A DNA stretch of 64,000 nucleotides from the human T2T-CHM13v2.0 reference genome, Homo sapiens, in assembly GCF_009914755.1 (NCBI RefSeq), contig NC_060939.1; one strand, 5' to 3'. Shown piece by piece: positions 42,170 through 63,234 of the stretch. The translations under genes were made by a program, and so were the position numbers. The first letter of the stretch is position 1. Each line of letters opens with the position of its first letter. The notes under the pieces are model-generated. The model had not been told where the DNA came from and ran no database searches. It was given only the letters and a program-made list of their open reading frames with translations.

Positions 42170-42405
42170 TATCTAGCATTTTTAGATGTTTTATATGTGC
42201 TAAGTACTGTGATAAATGGTTTGCATGTGTAATAGACTTAATCCTCCCAATTGCGTTATTGAGGCAGTTACTATTATCCCAATCTTATAGATGAGTAAAC
42301 TGAGAATAAGTAATTTGCCCAAGGCCACACAGATACAGCAAATGGCAGAACTGGGATTTGAACTCAGGCAGCCTGACTCTTGAACCCACGCTCTTATCCA
42401 CTACT
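42170..42405 (-). mobile_element. MIR
   Basis: tagatgagtaaactgag...ttgcccaaggccacacag...ctgggatttgaactcaggca. Confidence 0.8.
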
Positions 42406-42846
42406 ATTACTACCTCCCTTTACAATTTTTTAGTGACTGTGTAATAACAGCATACCATAATTTACTTAGCCGTTTTCCTGGTTGTATATTTAATTTGTAG
42501 GCTTTAAAATCTGAACCTCAAAAGTTTTTATTAAACAAGCTGATGCCTACTATGTGCAGGAACCTATTTGAGGTACTATGGACATTGGTACACATATGCA
42601 GTTATGGTCTAGTATTGTTTTATCTTGCCTTATGTATTACATTCCTGAAAAGCTATATACGTTTGAGGTGAAAATTTGTTTATACAAACTTTTTTTTTCC
42701 AATCGGGTTTCATTATTTTAAAGATACATTATTCCAGAAAAACAAATACTTAAAAACTAGAAAATATTTAATAAAAATTAGCAGTGAGCTCAGCACTGTT
42801 TGGTGCCTTTAAGGGTTCTGCTTTTGCGCATAGTGAACTGTATTCG

Positions 42847-43230
42847 TTTTGTTGTTGTTATTGTTTGTTTGTTTGTTTGTTTTTCTGAGACAGGGTCTCA
42901 CTCTGTGTCCCAGGGTGGAGTGTGGTGGCATGATCACTACTTGCTGCAACCTTGACCTCCCTGGGCTCAGGTGATCTTCCCACCACAGCCTCCTGTGGAG
43001 CTGGAACTGCAGGCATACACCACCACACCTGGCTAATTTTACACTTTTTTTTTTTTTTTTTGCAGAGACTAAATGGATTCTGTAGGATATTGTGGGAAAG
43101 ACTGGGAATCTTTCCCAGTAGAGGTCTCGCTATGTTGCCCAGGCTGGTCTCAAATTCCTGGACTCAAGTGATCCTCCCACCTCAGCCTCCCAAAGTGCTG
43201 GGGTTAAGGCATAAGCCACCGTGCCTGGCC
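42847..43230 (-). mobile_element. AluJ with a 50-nt foreign insert
   Basis: TSD gtgaactgtattc / gtgagctgtattc; non-Alu segment at 43070-43119. Confidence 0.9.
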
Positions 43231-44034
43231 TGTGAGCTGTATTCTTTCATGTGACAGTTGCAAGAAAAATTACTTAAATAAATGCATGCCAGGATTTGTG
43301 ATTACCGAATAAAAGTACATAAAATTGAACTCTCTATTCAAATGGAGAAATTACATGGGTAATCTCCAAATCTTTTGTTTACCTTTAGAATATTTATTTA
43401 TGCTTATATTGAAATAAGGTGAAATTACAACTTCAGGGTTCATACAGAGAAGTCACATTTGTAACTCAGGTGGATTTATTAGATAGCGTTTTAACTACTT
43501 CTGTTCCCTGGATTAGTCACCTAGTCACCACTCTTGTCTTTGTGAGATAGAGATATCAATTTAATAGAGGAACCTAAGTACTACACAAGTGTCAGCTGCT
43601 GTAGTTGATTAAGGGGGATAATTAAGAGCTTTATTTTAAAGCTCACCTGCTGAATATCTAGATACCTGTTATATAAGAGCAAAACACATGGTTATCTAAC
43701 AAATAACTTATAATCCACTTTACTTAATTATGGCATTAGTTTTTGATTTGCTGATCCTTCTATTAAAATTTTATATTAAATACAGCATTTAGTTGATGAG
43801 TTTCATTGAAAATGTTCATTTTTAAATTGATATTGAATGTAGTTGGTGTTTGGTTACTCAGTGTATCTTCTGTACCTGGTCTTTTTCAGTGTTCTTATAT
43901 TTATATTTCAAGTCAGTCATAAAGATTTTCACACATAAATAAGATTACTATTTTGAAATTGAAATGATAAAATACCATAAAGTGCCCAGCTTTAGAATTT
44001 TAAATTATTTTATGTCATAATTATTGCTTTTTAA

Positions 44035-45365
<1,331 letters not shown>

Positions 45366-45369
45366 TAAC

Positions 45370-45840
45370 TATTTTTTTTAATTGCGATATAACTCACATA
45401 CTATATAATCCACCTATTTAAAATGTGCAACTCAGTAGCTTTTGATATATTCACAGATGTGCAGCCATTGCCGCAATCAATTTTAGAACATTTTCATCAC
45501 CCCAAAAGAAATCTTATACCCCATAAGCAGTCTACTGTCCATTTCTCATGTTCCCCGGTCCTAGATAACACTCTTTTGATTTACCTATTCGGGATATTTC
45601 ATGTAAATGAAGTCATATAATATGTGATCTTTTGTGCCTGGCAGCTTTTACTTAGCATGATGTTTTCAAGGTTCGTCCATGTTGTAGCTTGTATTAGTAT
45701 TTCATTCCTTTTTATGGCCAAATAATAACTTCATTGTCTGGATATAATACATGTTATATAATCATTAGTTGAAGGACATTGGTTTATTTGCGTGTTTATA
45801 CCTTTTGGCTATTATGAATAATGCTGCAATGTATATTCTA
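45370..45840 (-). mobile_element. L1MB 3' end
   Basis: attgcgatataactcacatac...ttttagaacattttcatcacccca...cttagcatgatgttttcaaggttc. Confidence 0.8.
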
Positions 45841-46210
45841 TACAATAGCCTTTCTAAAGATTTTGTTGTTGTTTGAATTGGAATTAGTATCTACACAATT
45901 GATTGGTATACGTTTTAAGTTTCTTTTAAGTGATAATTATCCCCTCTTCACCTCCCTGTTTTCTTCTTTGTCATTTGTCCAGAAGAATTTCCACATGGTT
46001 GGGATATTGCTGGTTGCTTCCCCATGGTGTTTCTTACCATCTTCCTCTGTCTTTTTTATTTTTATTTTTGTTTCTTAATTGTTAGTTGGATCTAGAGATT
46101 TGATCATTTCAGGGTTTTGTTGGACTGCCACATAGGTGATGGTAATTTATTCTTTCATCAAGAGGTGTGTAATGTCTGTTTGGGTCTGTTTCTCTGTTGC
46201 TATTAGCTAC

Positions 46211-46730
46211 CAGGGTTTAGAAAACCATAGCTAGGCTGGGCACGGTGGCTCACACCTATAAGCCCAGCACTTTGGGAGGCCGAGGCGGGCGGATCACGAG
46301 GTCAAGAGATTGAGACCATCCTGGCCAACATGGTGAAACCCCGTCTCTACTGAAAATACAGAAATTAGCCGGGCATGGTGGTGTGCACCTGAAGTTTCAG
46401 CTACTCAGGAGGCTAAGGCAGGAGAATTGCTTGAACCCAGGAGGCAGAGGTTGTAGTGAGCTGAGATTGTGCCACTGCACTCCAGCCTGGCGACAGAGTG
46501 AGACTCTGTCTTAAAAAAAAAAAAAAAACTTAACAGCTAATGGTCAGTTGTCTCTGGCTTGTTTTTTAAATAACCTATAAGCTAATGTTGATTTTTACAT
46601 TTTGAAAGTGTTTTTAAAAAAGAATTAAAAAAATAAGCAAAGGAGAATTTGCGACAGCAACTGTGTGTAGCCTGAAAAGCCTAACATATTTTCTGTCTGG
46701 CCCTCTACAGAAAATATTTGCTGACTTCTG
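46211..46730 (+). mobile_element. MER58B (hAT-Charlie) containing a sense AluSc (46234-46528)
   Basis: Ends cagggtttagaaaac ... tctggccctctacagaaaatatttgctgacttctg; Alu carries Sc diagnostics ggatcacgaggtcaagagat...accatcctggccaacatgg. Confidence 0.8.
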
Positions 46731-47067
46731 TACCGTTTACTTTTTATTGCCTAGAGCTGTTGATTCATTAGGAGTTGCAAAATAGTGATAATCTATCATT
46801 TTTTCATTTATTTGGTAGAGTACTTCTATAAACAGAAACTTTCACCAACAATTTTATTGCCACCAGGAACAGTTTGATGGGGAAAGATGTTTACTTTTTT
46901 TCCTCTTCCTTTTGAAAAGTTTTCAAGATGATTTGGTTCTATAGCATTCACGAAAGATGACCAATTAGTCTTTATTTGTTTTTTTTTTTGAGATTAAAGT
47001 AATGGAATTCAACAGATTTGACCATTTCAGTTGTTTTATTATCATTATTGAAGCCTAAATGTCCCAT

Positions 47068-50330
<3,263 letters not shown>

Positions 50331-51522
50331 TCAGTAATTAATTCTACATCTGTATGAAAATGATATGCAGCAGTGTGGATAGTCTTATTTTACTCCTGGA
50401 GATGCATTTACAACTGCTTTTGGTTTATATATATATGACTTCATTGTGGGTATTTTGAGGTTGGTGTCCTATTCTTCTGATGCTGTTAACTTCTTTCTTA
50501 GATTTTAGAGGTTTCCCCTCTTTTCTTCAATATTATTTTGTATCACAAGTGTGTTATCAAACTTTTAAGAGCTCAACGAATGAATGAAATTTGTCTATGA
50601 CAGGACGACAGCTTACCAATGCAGGACTGAGTTAAGAAGCTTTTGAATTTAGTTTATCTTTATCAGTAAATGCACAGTTGAATAGAAGAATTCTAGAACC
50701 TGGTTTACAGACCTTGTGAGACTATGACAGGATTTTTCTAACACATCTGTTTATTTTGCATTGAAAGCTTGTGTATGCATAGAATTCTTTGCAGAAACTA
50801 GCTTTGATAATATAAGATTCATTATTAAGGATTTTTAATCTTGTGTTCTTTTCCTTTGCTTATGTTTAAATTGTTAGATTGTCCTATGGGATTTCATAAA
50901 TATTACTTCTGTTAGTAAAGCTGCTGACAGCAGAAGCTTTCAATAAATTATTCATGTGCTATTTGTTTTCTGTGTTCATGAATTAATTCAACTTAGAATT
51001 TTTTTAACTGAACTTGGTAACAATTTGTAGACATATGGGTACTTGAATAAAATCTGTAATACTTGTTTTCCATATGAGGAAAGTACTCTTAGCAATATTT
51101 AGAGCAACATCAGCTCTCTAGAACATAGCTGATTACTAAGGAGTAATGGCAAAATCGCTTTAAAAATGTGAAATAATTACTCTTATAAAACTGCTGCTTT
51201 TTCAAGATGTGAGCCACGGAATTATATCATTTTCTACTTTTCTTGTTCACTATCATTTGTATACTTACTGTTCACTTTCATTTATTGAAAACTTCAGATG
51301 TTATTTTACGTCTTCCTCTCCATTCCAAATCTACCATTGTTCTCGATAATTTTTATCTACTTGACTTGCATTCTCAATAGCATTTTCAGTTCTTTAACCT
51401 CGTCATCTCCAGTCACTTCTCTTCCATGCCATTTCAAACACCAGCGTCTATAAATGTGCCCTATCGCTTTGTCATCACTCAGGAGCGCTAAAATATTAAA
51501 ATAATACCCCAGTCTCACATAG

Positions 51523-51932
<410 letters not shown>

Positions 51933-53269
51933 ACTTTGATGTCTTGAACCCTCTTCATTGTCACTTTCAACTCATCTGCCTAGAAAAGTTTAATTTCAAA
52001 TGTCTACTTTCCTTCCTTTTCTACTTTATAAAATCACATTCTCCTATTTGAACTTCTTTAAATACAGTTACCAACGTCAGCTGGGCTCTCAGTGTAGCCC
52101 AGTAATTCTGTTTTGCCTCTTTAGTGCTCTCTTCCATTCTTGCCACAGCTATTTCAGATGTTTTCCACTACCTGCAAATTCTGGTCCTTCCCAACACCAC
52201 CACCCTTCTCTCATCATCAGCAGATGAACTCATCTCATATTTTAGAGGCTATTCAAGCCGTTAATGATTCCTGTAACTAACTACCACCAGACCTACTCAT
52301 ATGTTCATTCTTCTTTCTTGTTACAAGAGGGGCAGCATTCCTTCAATCCAAAATTAATCCTTCTACACATCTTTTCTCATGTAAGCATTTTAATGCTTTA
52401 ACTTTCCCTTTAAGCGTTACTTTAGTTGCATTGTCCACATTAGACATGCTGTATTTTCATTTTCATTAAATTCAAAATATTTTGTAATTTCTCATGTGAT
52501 TTCTTCTTTGATCTGTGGGTTAGTTTATAAGTGTGTTGCTTAATTTCTAAATATCTTAGGATTTTCCAGGTTTCTGTTATTGATTTGTAGTTTAATTCCA
52601 TTGTGGTTAGAAAACAAACTTTGTACAATTTCAATCCCCTTATGTGCACATTAATAGTCAAGGGGATTCTTCTGCCAAATTCTGGAGTATGCACGCTCTC
52701 ACGCGCACGCGTGCGCACACACGCTCTCTTTCCCACTCTCTCTCTGCAGCTCTTTTCTGTTTGTACTCTGATCTGCAAATTGCAGCCACCTTGGCCTCCC
52801 CAATCCTAATCTCTGCCTCTTCAACTCCGTGAGACTGCAAAGCTCTCTTTGGTTTCCCCCACCATGTGCTGAGGCCTGGAAATGGTCTACAGGCTGTAAA
52901 ATGGTATCATTTTAGGGCTTACTTTGTTTACCTCTCTCTCAAGGGTCATAGTCCTGTGCTGTCTATTGTCCAGTGTCTGAAAAGCATTGTCTCATCGATT
53001 TTGTCCAGTTTTTAGTTGTCCAAGGCAAGGAGGGTGAGTCCCATCCTTGATACTCTATTGTGGCCAGAAGCCTGCATCATCTTACCGTGTAATTGCCTGT
53101 ATCTATTTCAGTCTTTCTACTGGTTCTTTCCATCAGCTTTTCAACATGCTCAAGTCTCTCCTCTATTGCAAAGAATATAGAAGAAAACCAAGCTCATGTC
53201 GTCTTTATTTACCAACCTATCTCTCCTCTACCTTTTACAGCCAAACTTTTTGAAAGTTATCTCTATCCT

Positions 53270-53730
<461 letters not shown>

Positions 53731-53739
53731 TACATTTTC

Positions 53740-55460
<1,721 letters not shown>

Positions 55461-55938
55461 AATTATTATTTTAAAGAGCCCTTCAAGTGCAGAAATCTTG
55501 AATGTTACTGACATTACTGACTTAAGTTCTTGAAAGTTCAGCTTTCTAAACTGAAAGCTAAGTTCAGCTATCTAAAAATGTAATATACCTTTCTGGACCT
55601 AGTGTTCTGTGGTAATTAGGTTATTGTTCAAACCCTTCAAATCTAATTCTTAGTTTTTTTGTTTTCTTATGTAGTTTCCCTGAACAGAACTGTGGTAATC
55701 AAGGACTAGTGGAGGTATACTTTAGAAATAGCAGTGAGAATTAATGGTTAGCTTTGAAAATAGAAAAGTAAAATAATAGGTGTTCTATGGTATAATTGTT
55801 TTTTATTAAGAAAGGATATGTTTTATTCATTGTATTTTATAAAGTTCAAGCCATTGATGCTAAAATTAGAAAAAGTTTGTCATCAAATAGCTAAAATATT
55901 GATTTGATAGCCAACAGATGAAGTTACTTGAAATAAGC

Positions 55939-56309
55939 TATATTAGTCTATTCTCACACTGCTATAAGGAACTACCTGAGACTGGGTAATTTATGAAGAA
56001 AAGAGGTGTAATTGATTCACAGTCCTGCAGGCTGTGCAGGAAGCATGGCTGGGGAGGCCTCACAAAACTTACAGTAATGGTGGTGGAAGGTGAAGGTGGA
56101 GCAGGGCACATCTTCACATGGAGAAGTAGGAGAGAGAGTGGAGGGGAAGGTGCCACACACTTTTAAACAACCAGGTCTCATGTATCACCAGAACAGCAAG
56201 GGGAAATGCGCCCCATGATCCAATCACCTGCCACCAGGCCTCACCTCCAACACTGGAGATTATAATTCAACATGAGATTTGGGCAGGGACACAGACCCAA
56301 ACTGTATCA
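55939..56309 (-). mobile_element. MST (MaLR) solo LTR, MSTA-like
   Basis: tatattagtctattctcacactgctataagg...acctgagactgggtaatttat...catgagatttggg...tatca; 5-bp TSD TAAGC/TAGGC. Confidence 0.88.
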
Positions 56310-56729
56310 TAGGCAGAATATTTAGAGCACCTCTTGAAAAATGTGGTCACTTTATTAATTTTGAACTCTATATGAAAATATTTTATTAAATTTCTTGAAA
56401 AATCTTATCTACTCAGTATCAGTGAAGTGTTTTCATTATAAGCATCAGAAACATTAACTAACTTAAGTACAAAGGGCATTTGTTAGGATGATATGGGGTT
56501 GCTTAAAGGATAAACAGAAAAGATAAAGAACCAAACAAATGTCCACTGTTTCAGTTGGGCCAGAGGAATTACTTTTCTGCGAATGATTACTTTTCTGGGC
56601 AGGGCATTGGATTTCTTGAGTCTATACGCCTAAGAGTGCCTGCTGCGTGTTGTGTAGTTTCTGGTTTATTGTAATTGCTTAGACAACAACCCAATGCAGT
56701 GTTTTCTCTTGATGTCTTAATATTGTAAA

Positions 56730-57320
56730 AGTATCTAGGAATAAGGACATTTTCCTAAATAACAGTATCATTAATCACATCTAAGAAAATTAAAATTAAC
56801 TCAGTAATGCTGTCTAATATACTCAGCATTTAAAGTCATCTGGATATTCTCCAAATGTTTTTTGTTGCCCAGGATCCAGTAAGGTTTCACTCATTGCATT
56901 TGCTTGTTTCTCATTAGTCTCATTAGTTCATGTAGGACAGTCTTCTTATTGCCTTTGTTTTTTATGACACTCACTTTATTTTACTTGAAGAGTCCAGGGT
57001 AGTTGTCTTGTAGAATGTCTCACATTTTGGATTTGTGTAATTATTTTTTCATGCTTAGATTTAGGTTAGACACTTTGGGCAAGAATACTACATGCTGCTT
57101 ATTGCATCTCATCAGGATGTTTATGAAGCCAGGTTGTCCCACTACTGTTAATAATGAATTTGATCATTTAGTTAAGATGGTATCTGCCAAATCTGTCCAT
57201 TGTGAAGGTACATTTCCCCCTTTGTAATTAATGATTTGTGGATGACACTCAAATTGTGTGACTTCTTTTTTCCAGTGGTTTTAGCATTCATCAGTAATGA
57301 ATCAGTTATTACTGAACTTT
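56730..57320 (-). mobile_element. L1MC-like 3' fragment
   Basis: aataaggacatt...caggatcca...tgtagaatgtctcacattttggatttg...tgatcatttagttaag. Confidence 0.7.
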
Positions 57321-57597
57321 TAATGAAAAGTTTCTAAAAAGTTTCCTTTCTAAATAGACATTTCTGATTAGGCACTAAAGAGAAGGTACTGGTAGTCACT
57401 TAAAAATCCTTCCATTTTTACTGTTTAGATGTCAGACCAGTTGTATTAGACAGCTGGGAAAGAGCTTTGCTTTGATTCCTCACAATTATTGTCATGATTC
57501 GTATTAATCTTTTACCTTTTCCAGAAATAATACAATTTTTTTATTAGAGAACTTGATTATTTTAAAACACATTAATGAAGGGTAACATAGGCCAGTG

Positions 57598-57908
57598 CAG
57601 TGCTGTACAATGGAAATATAGTACAAGCCAAATACATAATTTGAAATCTTCTAGATAGCACATTAGAAAAGTAAAAAACAGGTAGAACTAATTTTAATAA
57701 TATATTTTATTTACATGAATATATCCAAAATATTTTAACACGTAATTAGTATAAAAATTGTTGATGAATATTCTACATTCTGTGTGTGTGCAATAAGTCT
57801 TCTAAATCTGGTGTGTATTTTATATTACTTAAAATCTTAATTTAGATGAGCTACATTAAGTTACCAATAACTACATGTCACACATCACTGTCCCTATTGG
57901 ATAGTGCA
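57598..57908. mobile_element. MER33/MER3-type hAT-Charlie element
   Basis: cagtgctgtacaatggaaatata...ctattggatagtgcag termini. Confidence 0.75.
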
Positions 57909-57909
57909 G

Positions 57910-58160
57910 ATATGGTGGTTACAATCTTGGGCACAAAGGAACCAGACTAACTTGATTCAGATCTTGCCTTCTTCACCAGCTGGCATCATGACTTTGGGCA
58001 AATTCTTCATTCTCTTTGTGGTGTAGTTTTCCCATTGTAAAATGGGGATAATAATAGTTCTTACTACTAGGGATGGGGAATTGAAATAATTAATGTAGGA
58101 AAAGCACTGAATCCATCTCTGGCACATAGTAAATGCTTAGTAAATGTTAACTCTTATCAT
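57910..58160 (+). mobile_element. MIR
   Basis: tgactttgggcaa...gtaaaatggggataataatag...tggcacatagtaaatgct. Confidence 0.8.
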
Positions 58161-59184
58161 TATGCCTTTAGACTTCGTCCAATAATTCCCATTCTGTCTT
58201 AGAAGTGTCCTTGTATTTTGTAAGGGAAGTTAGGACTAGATATTGGATCCCTTGACTTCTGTTTTATATCTTGCTGGTTTTACCCTCAGTCCCTTGCTTT
58301 ACAAACTCTTTTGTAGTGACTTTCTAAACCAATAAGATGAAATAGATTTTTTAGGAGACTTTTAATTTCAAGCATTCTCGCCCCTTGTTACCATAATTTA
58401 TTGAAATGAATGGGAAAACCCAGCACCTCTGCAAATGGCAGTGAGTAAATGAGAGATTTATCATTATGATTTTTTAAACCCACAGAAGATTGAGAGCTAC
58501 AATATATTGGGTTGCTTTTTCTTTGTAATACAAATACATCTCTCCCACAGAAGCCTATGTAATTGTAGCAGTAAGGTAAAACAGATTCACATACAAAATT
58601 AAGGTGATCTCGAAGATTGATGAAGTGTAGTTGTATCTAGTTCAGAGTTATTTAGGATGGCTTCCAGATTTGTTGATTACCCAGTCTTATATTAGGTCAT
58701 AATAACTGCAGAAGATAGAGAAGGGAGTATTAAATGAAGTTTTGCAAAGGAGATGTCCTGTTTAAAAATAACTTGATGGTTTACTGTGATATAACATTTG
58801 GTACCTAGAATACTAGTATCATTGCCCATCATAGAAAAATAAAACATCATTAAACAAAGAAGTATCAGTTAGTTGAAGCCTTTGTAAGCATTCACTGAAT
58901 CAGCATTCCTAAAGACGGTGATGTTGCTAAAATGAAATGGTGGTAGTTGAATATTACAGTGTAAAACAATGCCATCATTCAGGGGATTGAATTGTACCTC
59001 CAAGTTAATTTTTACATTATATTATCATTGCAGCCATATTTTCATCAGTATAGCAAAAGTGGAACTGAAAAATACTCATTTCAGAAATTTAAAAGACTTT
59101 GCAACTGTATTGGGTGAATGTGCATCAGTATTGGGTCTTACTCTTAGGAGAATCTTCTGGCCACCAGTATTAAAAAGTGGCTTA

Positions 59185-59370
<186 letters not shown>

Positions 59371-59779
59371 TTAATGTGAAACAATTCTTATATATTTCTC
59401 ATCTAGCAGAATGAAAAATGACCAATTCAGATTTCCCCCACTTTTGAGCTAAAGTATAGCTAAATATGAGCTAAATATTGCTAAGACTGTTTATTATTAA
59501 TGGACTTTTCCTGAGAATTGTTTTGGAGAATTTCCAAGTAACTGGTTAGAACATTAATGGTACTGTTTGCAGGTTATCACATTGCCCCTTGTCTTCTTGC
59601 ACATCATGAAGAAATTATATAAAATATTAACTTTAGTTATTTATGGTACTTTAAGAAGTTACATAAAACATTTTTACAAAGGACAGACTTCAAGTCATCT
59701 TGAGATCAAATTTTGGAGACTAAGGCTGATCTTAGAAAAAGCAATGGAGATTTGATGTTATCCACAGTCATTAAGTATC

Positions 59780-60390
59780 ACTAATACTTAATTCCATCTT
59801 GGCCCAGGCACCTTTCCTACCTATAGGACACTGAAAAAGGATAAAACAAAACAACAAACAAAAACCAAGGTGCAAATAGCCATGGCAAGACAGGGGTCAT
59901 TTTAATACTCTCTAATAGTCTAGCCTGCTCATGGGAAGATAGACCTTAGAAAAGAGGAAAAAGCAAACAGGTAATTGCTGTGAAGATTACACATAGCGTA
60001 GAAGGATAGAGGACTAGGATCTCTTCAGAAATAGTTGTTAGAAAAGGCCTCTGTAGAAGGGACAGTTTGGTTAAAACATGAAGGAAGAAGCTAGCCATGC
60101 GACAGAGAGTGGGTGCAGGGCAAGTGTTCCAGGCAGAGGGGATGGCACATGCGGAGGCCCCAGCGTGAGAAAGGACATGGCTTGTTCAAGAGACTGAATA
60201 ATGTGGCTTATTCACAGCCCATTGAGAGAAGTGAGAGGAAGTGTGATAGGAGATTAGGTTGGAGAGAGGCAGGAACCAGATCCTGTAGGCAGGCCATGGT
60301 AATGAATTTGGGTTTTATTTTAGCTGTACTGGGGAGTTCTTTAAAGATTAGGGAAGAAAGATGATCAAACTTGGTTTTAAGATCACTTAA
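59780..60390 (-). mobile_element. L2
   Basis: gtgttccaggcagaggg...gaatttgggttttatt...ttttaagatcact. Confidence 0.65.
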
Positions 60391-61897
60391 TATTATTTTA
60401 CACATAACAGTTGTCAAAATATGCGTATAAGTACAGTCCATATTATTTTATACATAACAATTTCTAAAATGTGATTGTGAAAACTAAGGTCCTAGACTGT
60501 TAGCGATTTTGGGGGAGATATTATAGGTTTTTGAACTGTGAATAGTTAACTATTTATTGAGGACGTGTTATCTGCCAAGCAGTGAGGAATTTTATACAAA
60601 TTCTCTCTCATCTTCACAGAAATTTCCTTGAAAGGAGGCATAATTTTTCCTGTTTGATGGGGGAGAAAATGTTAGATACAGAGAGAAATTAAGCAACTAG
60701 CACACAAGGGCTAGGATTCAAAAATATGTCTGCCTGACTTTACTGTCCCATAGCTTTTTTTAGTGTCTTTTTGCAGGGAGGAAGATGGAGGGGAGAAGAA
60801 CAAGGCTGAAAATTGAAGAAAAGGAAAGCACTCTTATAAATTTTTGTGGAATAAAGGAATTTAGATTTTTTTTTTTATTTGGGGGAGTGGTTGGGAAGGT
60901 AGTGGCTGTAAATTAGAACAGTGTATCAAGGTACATTACCCTATAGAAATTGAATCACCCTAGAATTTCCCTATAGGACATTATGATCCTGAACAAGAAT
61001 TTTAGATCTAGCTTTGATTAGACATTGACATCCAGTGTTTTTATGGTATAGTTGTATGCCGTGAAGTTTTAAAAGCATATATGTTTATCAGACAATTAAA
61101 ATGATCTGTATAATATTAACAATTAATTGCATGTTTTCCCCAGGAGAGGGGTTCTGTAAAGTTGAAATATAGGGAAGATGATGTGTCTGAGGTAGATCAG
61201 TCTTTGGAGAAATCAGCTGTGCAGGGCAGAGAGAGACTGAACTCTGGAACCAGGAGCACTAACTGTTACGTAGCAAAGCAGGGTGGAAAATGTTTGTTAA
61301 CACTTAAGTGTTGCCTGCTCTTAGTTAATAACATGAATGTTGTTGAGATCTTTGAATGTTAAATTATTTTAATTTTCTAATTTTCTAAGGTAGTTGAGAA
61401 CTTGAAGCAAGATAGTCTGAACCGCATAGTGATAGTGGACACTAAAGAATCAAGATGGATGAAATGTAGGATTTGGAGACTGACGAGAAGGGATGGGATG
61501 GTTGAAAGAAACATTAACAAGTAGTAAAAAAAGAAAAATAGGAAGTCCTTTGACAGTAGTGTCTTAGCTTATGATAATAAAGTGATACTTTTCTTACAAT
61601 GAACATTATACAGAATGCTTGCATTTGTAGGTATATAAAAATGCTACTTATCCTTCTGCCCTGAGTTTCTGCTACTACTAAACTTTGAACCTCTTTTGGC
61701 AATAAGACAGGTTTCATTTTACTTCTGCAAGTATTCAGATACCATATGTTAATGTTTTACTCTGGGTACAATAAAGTTTAGAATTATTACTGGTCACACA
61801 CAATTAAGACATGCACCGAGGGATATGATTTGTTGATGTTGTTGGGAGTTACAACAGAAAGAAGTTCCCTGTGGATATTTTCTTTCTGTAAGATGGA

Positions 61898-61985
61898 ATT
61901 CTATCAAGAAGTGTGAAGTATTCTATCAGAATGTGAGGAATAGTCTATCAAGAAGTGAGAGCTATTCCATTAAGACGTGAGAAAT
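61898..61985. repeat. Degenerate 22-bp minisatellite, 4 copies
   Basis: attctatcaagaagtgtgaagt / attctatcagaatgtgaggaat / agtctatcaagaagtgagagct / attccattaagacgtgagaaat. Confidence 0.8.
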
Positions 61986-62894
61986 TTGAAGAGACTTGGG
62001 AATGTAGAAGATATTAGATAGGATCATTAAACCTATTTCAAAATGGAATCCAGTGACTCTGGCCATACTAAACCAAAATTAAGCAAATATAATTGGCTGG
62101 GAGTCAGGTCCCTGGGGAGAAGTATAAGCCAGTTTTTATACAAAGTCAGCTAAGGAGTGAGTGTTTGATAACCCTTTTATTGTAACAAAAAGTGGGTAAA
62201 GAAAATGATGATAGATCTTTTAGAAAATAATCTCCTGTTCCAAGCAAAGGATTGTTCTCCACCACCACCAACAAAATTTTTGTTACTGAAAAAAAAGATA
62301 AGAAGAATGTGTATGCAATTGTTCATATATATACATATATAAAAGTAGCAAACAGAAATACACGGAGTAAAAAGTGTTCTCCCTGTACGCTCTCTGCTCT
62401 CTTTTGGCAGCTCAAACCCACTACTCTCCCCAGGGAGAAAACAATGTTAACTGTTCAGTGTTTGTTATTCTAGTCTTTTCCCTTTGTATTTGCATTTAAA
62501 TATGGGCACACAAGCATCTGTACGTGTGTACATATTTTAATATCAGAAGAGTCATACTCGACATATTTTGAACGTACATTTTTTATTATTTATGTATCTT
62601 GACAATCTTTTAATCTCAGCATACAAATGTACCCCAGACTTTTCATAATGTTCCTCTCCTGTGCAGACGATATGTGTGTATGAATTTATGAATGAAGATG
62701 GCTATATTTCTGCTTAAGTAATACTATTTTTATGTAAAATATTTAGACAATACCAAAGGTGAAAGAAAAAATTAAAAATCAACTGAAATCCTTGAGATAA
62801 TCCTTATTTTGGCGACCATTTAAAAAATGTTTTTCTTTAGCTATTTACACGAGTGTGAACATACATCACACCTGCCACATATAAAGGTATAATA

Positions 62895-63234
<340 letters not shown>

